Positions 27,283 to 32,000 of a stretch of DNA of 32,000 nt are shown piece after piece. A program made the translations under genes and the position numbers. The DNA comes from an uncultured archaeon. Lineage in GTDB: Archaea; Iainarchaeota; Iainarchaeia; Iainarchaeales; CSSED10-239. The DNA is taken from contig CAYXAY010000005.1 of the NCBI GenBank assembly GCA_964463155.1, positions 1 through 32,000 on the forward strand, in the 5' to 3' direction. How positions within the stretch are numbered: position 1 is the stretch's first letter; every line of letters starts with the position of its first letter. The notes beneath the pieces were generated by a model that made no database searches, had not been told where the DNA came from, and saw nothing but the letters and a program-made list of their open reading frames with translations.

Positions 27283-28626
27283 TCACTTTTTTAAAACATC
27301 CCAATAGCCGATTTTATCTGAACCAATTCTTTTAATTTTTTTATCTGATTTTAATTTTCTTATTTTCCTAAATATTGTAATAGCACTTAATTTTAATTTT
27401 TTACTTAACTGTGTATAAGTGATTTTATTATTTTTTGTGATTTCAAAAATAATTTTGTCTTCTTCATTTACACCTTCATTTACACCTTCATTTACACCTT
27501 CATTTACACCTTCATTTACGGGGACATTTGGCCTATAAAAAATTACAGATAACCCGTTTGGTTCTAATCTGTATTCTACTTTAATTTTTTGTTCTTTACA
27601 GTATTCATTTATTCTTCTTATGCCCGAACCCCAATTTTCAATATAATCAAAATAATATAAAATTTGGGCAATACTAGGATTTCTTAAAATAGATTTTCCT
27701 TTACCCGATAAATAATCTTTTATAGAATATTCTTTTGGAAATTTCCCCGGGTTATAAATTTCAACTCTGTCTGGATAAATAGCAACCTCATTATTTTTTA
27801 TTATCGTATAATCTTTGTGGCAAAAAGAATTAATGATTGCTTCAAATAGCGCTCTTTCTGGAATCTCTAGTTTTTCATTACGTTCCGCTTTTGTAAGATC
27901 TGCTTGCCAATTAAGATGTTCAAAAAGATATTTTTTAGAAAAATCAATTAGCTCAAAAATATTTCCTTTCTTTAACTTAATATCAATAAAATCTTTTTTT
28001 TTTTTTGTCTTAAAAACAGCACACTGCAATTCAATATCTGATTTTTTTGAAAATAACATATTTCCTGCATTAGTTAAGTTGTTCTTATTTAAAAGATTTA
28101 ATTTATTCAAAACGTCTTTAACATTTGTAAATTTAAAATTAATTTTTTCATTTTGATTTGCCTTAGTAACAAATCTTCTTAATTGAACAGAATTTGTGTC
28201 TTTAATTAATCCGGTTGATAATTGTTTATCCCAAATTATATTATTTTGACTAACAATTCTTTCTTTTATATTTTCAAAATCTAATTGCTGATTTTGATCA
28301 CTTACTCTTATATAAGCTCTACCATATGCAAAATAAAGATTTGAATTCCCTTTAAAATCAACTAAAATACACTCTTTCTTATTCAATAAGATTTTTTTTA
28401 TATTTGGATGAATTTTTGGATCTATTGCTCTCGAGATTTCTGTTGCTATGTCTCTTAATGTGTCTTTACCTATATTTTGTCCAATTACTTCGCCATCATC
28501 TTTAATTCCAAAATAAATTCTGCCAGAATTATTTTTATTTAAAATTGCGCAAATAGAAATAATTGCATCTTTTAATTCAGATGTTGATTTTTTAAATTCA
28601 ACCTTTTCTGTTTCTTTTAATTGCAT
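27283..28626 (-). CDS. AlbA_2 (Schlafen-like) + HATPase_c_4 + C-terminal wHTH protein
   Basis: The N-terminus LKETEKVEFKKSTSELKDAIISICAILNKNNSGRIYFGIKDDGEVIG is the AlbA_2 signature. The middle, ERALFEAIINSFCHKDY...DRVEIYNPGKF...LRNPSIAQILYYFDYIENWGSGIRRI, is HATPase_c_4. A (VNEG)n linker follows, then a wHTH (ITYTQLSKKLKLSAITIFRKIRKL). Confidence 0.8.
   Translation of the reverse strand: MQLKETEKVEFKKSTSELKDAIISICAILNKNNSGRIYFGIKDDGEVIGQNIGKDTLRDIATEISRAIDPKIHPNIKKILLNKKECILVDFKGNSNLYFAYGRAYIRVSDQNQQLDFENIKERIVSQNNIIWDKQLSTGLIKDTNSVQLRRFVTKANQNEKINFKFTNVKDVLNKLNLLNKNNLTNAGNMLFSKKSDIELQCAVFKTKKKKDFIDIKLKKGNIFELIDFSKKYLFEHLNWQADLTKAERNEKLEIPERALFEAIINSFCHKDYTIIKNNEVAIYPDRVEIYNPGKFPKEYSIKDYLSGKGKSILRNPSIAQILYYFDYIENWGSGIRRINEYCKEQKIKVEYRLEPNGLSVIFYRPNVPVNEGVNEGVNEGVNEGVNEEDKIIFEITKNNKITYTQLSKKLKLSAITIFRKIRKLKSDKKIKRIGSDKIGYWDVLKK
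27463..27520. repeat. 12-bp in-frame tandem repeat TTCATTTACACC x4 plus a partial fifth copy, encoding (VNEG)n
   Basis: Four exact units at 27463-27510 and a diverged partial unit at 27511-27520. On the coding (minus) strand they read PVNEGVNEGVNEGVNEGVNEE. Confidence 0.9.
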
Positions 28627-28638
28627 AATGCTTTTTCT

Positions 28639-29991
28639 TTAAATATCAAAATTATCAAAACTTTCTGGAATTTCTTTTTTTGAAATTTCTCCGGCTATGG
28701 TTTTTTCCATGTATTTTATTATATCTTCTTTTGTTTTAAATCTTGAAAGAGCAATACTTAGTTTTAGATAAGCAACTTCTGGTAACATGTCGTGTTGGTC
28801 AAGATAACAGCCTCCTGCTTCTTGAATATATCTTAAATTTGCATAAACGTTTCCATTTACCCTGCCAAATAAACACAGAGTGGTTATAATTACAATTATT
28901 CCTTTGTCTGTTGCTTTCTTAATATATGGAACCCAGCTTTTCTTCTTGTCAAAGGATTTGTCGGTTCCACCCATTCCTGTTGGGCAATGTCCAAGTCCTG
29001 TACCTTCTATTACTAGCCCTTTATAGCCTTTTTTAATATACCACTCTATGATTTTTGGATCGCTATTTGGATAAGCTTTAACTATTGCAACATTGTCTGA
29101 AAAATCAATAAATAGTTTTGGCTCTATCCTTGGTCTTACAATCAATTGCCTTTTGTCTTTTAAGTATTCTATTTTTCCATTTTGATAAACCCTTGCTATT
29201 GGAAAATCATTGATTGCCCTAAAAGAATCTCTTCTTGAGGTGTGCATTTTTCTACATTTTGTTGCTCTTATTACATTACAGAAATCATCACTAATTGAGC
29301 CGTGCATCATTGTGTAAATTCCAGGCACTTCTTCTTTAATAAATTGAGCAGCACATATTAGATTCATAGCTCCATCAAAACTGGCCCTGTCTGGAGACCT
29401 CTGAGCGCCAACTAAGATTATTGGTTTGTTAATATTTTCAATCATAAAAGAAAGAATAGTTCCAGTCCAGGTTAATGTGTCTGTTCCGTGAGAGATTATT
29501 ATTCCTTTAATTTCGGGGGTAATCAACTGCTCATAAACCTTTTCTGCAATCTTTTGCCAATCTTTATAACCTAGATCTTCGCTTCCTTTCATAGCTACTG
29601 GTTGTATATTTTTAATATTAACAATTTCAAGAAGTTCAGGAACTGTTGAAATTATTTCTTCTGGAGTTCTTGACATACTTACTCCGCCTGTCTTATAATC
29701 AACATGTGTTCCTATTGTCCCTCCTGTTGAAACTAAAGAAATTGCAGGAAGTGCTTCATTTTGTTTAATTGTTAATTTGTGTTTTTTTCCTAAATTTTTC
29801 TTTTCATTCTCTATTTCTATTTTTGTGTCTTTATCAGTAGTTACTCCAATATTATAACCATTATCTAAAAGTTTAAGAGTTAGTTCTTGGATATTTTCTT
29901 TTTCTATAAACTTTACAAGATAACCTTTATAGATAATTTTATTTTTATTAATAGTAATTAATTTACCTCTATCTTTTTCAGACACAATCAT
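28639..29991 (-). CDS. gatD: Glutamyl-tRNA(Gln) amidotransferase subunit D (asparaginase-like)
   Basis: 450 aa. GatD-specific N-domain, then asparaginase motifs ISLVSTGGTIG and ISHGTDTL. Confidence 0.92.
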   Translation of the reverse strand: MIVSEKDRGKLITINKNKIIYKGYLVKFIEKENIQELTLKLLDNGYNIGVTTDKDTKIEIENEKKNLGKKHKLTIKQNEALPAISLVSTGGTIGTHVDYKTGGVSMSRTPEEIISTVPELLEIVNIKNIQPVAMKGSEDLGYKDWQKIAEKVYEQLITPEIKGIIISHGTDTLTWTGTILSFMIENINKPIILVGAQRSPDRASFDGAMNLICAAQFIKEEVPGIYTMMHGSISDDFCNVIRATKCRKMHTSRRDSFRAINDFPIARVYQNGKIEYLKDKRQLIVRPRIEPKLFIDFSDNVAIVKAYPNSDPKIIEWYIKKGYKGLVIEGTGLGHCPTGMGGTDKSFDKKKSWVPYIKKATDKGIIVIITTLCLFGRVNGNVYANLRYIQEAGGCYLDQHDMLPEVAYLKLSIALSRFKTKEDIIKYMEKTIAGEISKKEIPESFDNFDI

Positions 29992-30045
29992 AAATACTCA
30001 CTTTTCTAAAATATATATAAGAAAAAGAATATATAAAGTTAATGC

Positions 30046-30549
30046 CTAGTGCCCATATTTCCTAAACAATAATTTGTGAATCAAAAATCTCACTAAAAAG
30101 AAAAAAAACGAAGACGAATAGTTTGCTATCAAATAATTTATGGCAAATCTTTCAACCAGAAATATCATGGTAAGAATTGTTAAAACAATACAAACAAAAG
30201 ATACAAAGAAATATGAAAAAGCATACCAAAAATTAACTTTCGCTTGTTTGTAATCTCTTTCTTTAACTATGAATTTGTTGTTAAGAAGGTAATTGATATA
30301 TATCCCGGTGATTGTTCCAATGATTGCTGCAAAGATATAGTACATTTTTATTGGCGAATAGACCAATACAAAGAACAAGAAGAAATCAACTAGTGTTCCA
30401 ACTATTCCAAGACTTGCGTATTTTAGAAATACCTTGTTACTATAGAATATAGAATTGCTTACCATCTCATAATATATGGCATGAAGCGGGCCTGGCTTTT
30501 TCTTAGTCAATAATGTGTCCCTAAATGATATCTTCTTTTTTTTAAACAT
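30046..30549 (-). CDS. GtrA-like family membrane protein
   Basis: FLKYASLGIVGTLVDFFLFFVLVY...IGTITGIYINYLLNNKFIV is a typical GtrA core with four TM segments. The ATG at 30549 is preferred over the track's longer N-terminus. Confidence 0.7.
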   Translation of the reverse strand: MFKKKKISFRDTLLTKKKPGPLHAIYYEMVSNSIFYSNKVFLKYASLGIVGTLVDFFLFFVLVYSPIKMYYIFAAIIGTITGIYINYLLNNKFIVKERDYKQAKVNFWYAFSYFFVSFVCIVLTILTMIFLVERFAINYLIANYSSSFFFFLVRFLIHKLLFRKYGH

Positions 30550-30632
30550 CTTTTTTTCGCAATTTTTTGTTTTTAGTCTATAGTATATAATAAAATAAAG
30601 AATATAAATACTATCTATTATCTTATATATAT

Positions 30633-32000
30633 ATGACAACTGCTTATTTTGAGAGTTTTTTAGACAATGTTTCAAGTTACTTAAAGTCTAAGAATCTTGA
30701 TTATTATGATATTAGATTAGAAACCACTAACAGCAATAGAATTGCAATAGAAAACAAGATAATCAAGGAAATAAATATTAATGATATTACTGGTATTGGA
30801 ATTAGGATTTTAAAAAATGGAAAATTCGGATTTTGCTCAACAACAGAACTTTCAAATTACAAGAAGATTATTGATGATTGTATATTTGCAACAAGCCACA
30901 TTAAAACCAAAACCAAATTTGAGAACTGGGCAGAAAATAGCAAGATTGTAAAAACTAAATTTGTAGATTTTGAAGAAATGACTATAGACAAAAAAGTCAA
31001 AGAACTGCAAAGAATAAACTGCTTGGTAATTAATGGTAAAAAAGACTATAAGGTCATACAGTCAAATATTAATTATATTGAGAAGATCAAGAAAAAATAT
31101 TTTGTTAGCCCTGATTCTTTTATTGTTCAGGATGACTCGCATGTTATCTTTTATACTTCAATCACTGGAAAATCCGGAAATATAACTGAAAACTGTGTGG
31201 AAAGATTTGGAGAAGTGGGCGGTCTTGAAAAACTTGATTTTAGAAAACTTGAAAATCTCACAAAGAAAAACACAAACAATGTTTCAGAGATTTTAAAAGC
31301 AAAAGCTTGTCCTGCAAAAACTACAGACATAATCCTAACACCAAACCTTGTAGACCTTTTGGCACATGAAGCAATTGGCCATGCCTCTGAAGGAGACGCC
31401 ATTACCAACCATTCTTCTGTTTTAAAGATTGGGCAAGTCTTAACCGAAAACAAAGAAATCACAATTGTTGATAATCCAACGCTTAAAGAATTTGGGCACT
31501 ATCTTTATGATGATGAGGGGATAAAGGCAAGAGAAAAAACAATTGTTAAAAAAGGGGTAGTTAATGATTATCTTCTTGACATTGAGTCTGCAACAAAACT
31601 GAAAATGAAACCAACAGGAAACGCAAGAGCAGAAAGCTTTGCTTCTAGGCCGATTGTTAGAATGAGTAATACTTATTTCTTGGCTGGTAAAGAAAAACTA
31701 CCAGATGTTCTTTCTGATTTTTCTGGATATCTTCTTGATGGCTTTGCGGGAGGCCAAGTTGACCCTAGTGTTGGAACATTTATGTTTGGTATTAAGAAAG
31801 CTTACCAGTACAAGAATGGAAAAAAGATTGGAACATTTAAGCAAGCATCAATTTCAGGAAATATTCTTGACTATCTAAAAAATGTCTCAGCAGTAACAAA
31901 CAAGATTGGAGAGTTTGGATTTGGATTCTGTGGAAAAGAGGGGCAGACTGCTTTTGTTTCTGGCTCTGGTCCACATATTAAGATTGATAAGGCAATATTA
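30633..32000 (+). CDS. tldD: TldD/PmbA-family metalloprotease (TldD-type HExxxH), 3'-truncated by the window edge
   Basis: From the ATG at 30633: MTTAYFESFLDNVSSYLKSK...GIGIRILKNGKFGFCST...LLAHEAIGHASEGD...NARAESFASRPIVRMSNTY...GGQVDPSVGTFMFG. The frame is open to position 32000. It is absent from the ORF track because it is edge-truncated. Confidence 0.88.
   Translation, partial: MTTAYFESFLDNVSSYLKSKNLDYYDIRLETTNSNRIAIENKIIKEININDITGIGIRILKNGKFGFCSTTELSNYKKIIDDCIFATSHIKTKTKFENWAENSKIVKTKFVDFEEMTIDKKVKELQRINCLVINGKKDYKVIQSNINYIEKIKKKYFVSPDSFIVQDDSHVIFYTSITGKSGNITENCVERFGEVGGLEKLDFRKLENLTKKNTNNVSEILKAKACPAKTTDIILTPNLVDLLAHEAIGHASEGDAITNHSSVLKIGQVLTENKEITIVDNPTLKEFGHYLYDDEGIKAREKTIVKKGVVNDYLLDIESATKLKMKPTGNARAESFASRPIVRMSNTYFLAGKEKLPDVLSDFSGYLLDGFAGGQVDPSVGTFMFGIKKAYQYKNGKKIGTFKQASISGNILDYLKNVSAVTNKIGEFGFGFCGKEGQTAFVSGSGPHIKIDKAIL

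Noticed and set aside
27463-27520. Possible CRISPR-like or regulatory repeat array
   Set aside because: The units are only 12 bp, directly abutting with no spacers, and lie in frame inside a CDS. This is a coding microsatellite, not a CRISPR array.
9213-30675. Long N-terminal extensions proposed by the ORF track (9344, 9664, 10597, 13541, 18939, 25301, 30675, 14860, 15263, 8325)
   Set aside because: The extensions begin at non-ATG codons or add hydrophobic or junk residues, overlap upstream genes or promoters, and an internal ATG gives the family-typical N-terminus.
8409-31462. Other antisense or embedded track ORFs (8409-8735, 10884-11141, 12067-12249, 13144-13347, 13608-13998, 14184-14378, 16378-17431, 17286-17480, 17705-17899, 18366-18869, 18986-19186, 19818-20403, 21386-21653, 24748-25053, 25402-26532, 27815-28156, 31151-31462)
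   Set aside because: Each lies inside a longer ORF on the opposite strand (or in another frame of the same strand) that has recognisable conserved motifs. Their translations are low-complexity and motif-free.

Overview
Visibly AT-rich, very tightly packed archaeal chromosome segment. Archaeal markers are the GatD/GatE amidotransferase, an archaeal/eukaryal-type TrpRS, an XPD helicase, an Lrp/AsnC regulator, and TTTAAATA-type TATA boxes about 25 nt upstream of start codons. The tiny spacers, giant surface protein and patchy metabolism fit a small-genome DPANN-like archaeon, but that is inference only. The genetic code looks standard: TAA, TAG and TGA each end conserved genes at the expected place.

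Contents, left to right:
- The first 2,120 codons of a giant membrane-anchored surface protein on the minus strand. It is absent from the ORF track because it runs off the window edge.
- A roughly 695-bp deletion-derivative IS element with terminal inverted repeats and a 9-bp target duplication.
- LemA and a low-molecular-weight phosphatase.
- A DUF4065 (Panacea)-type antitoxin paired with a RelE/ParE-like protein.
- PEP synthase, a Gpt-like phosphoribosyltransferase and a flavodoxin/2x[4Fe-4S] protein.
- A wHTH/RelE-like pair fused transcriptionally to XPD, and a decayed RHH/RelE-like module.
- A tandem-duplicated Lrp regulator with a perfect palindromic operator, facing a 509-aa orphan.
- TrpRS and a HAD nucleotidase.
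- tRNA-Gln(CUG) flanked by a graveyard of nonsense- and frameshift-inactivated phage or mobile-type genes.
- gatD and gatE split by a co-transcribed AlbA_2 (Schlafen-like)/HATPase_c_4/wHTH gene.
- A GtrA-like protein and a 3'-truncated TldD.

The most unusual items are the giant adhesin-like protein, the Schlafen-like gene wedged inside gatD-gatE, the Panacea/RelE-like module, and the decayed genes around tRNA-Gln whose in-frame stops all look like G-to-T changes. No CRISPR array or rRNA was seen.
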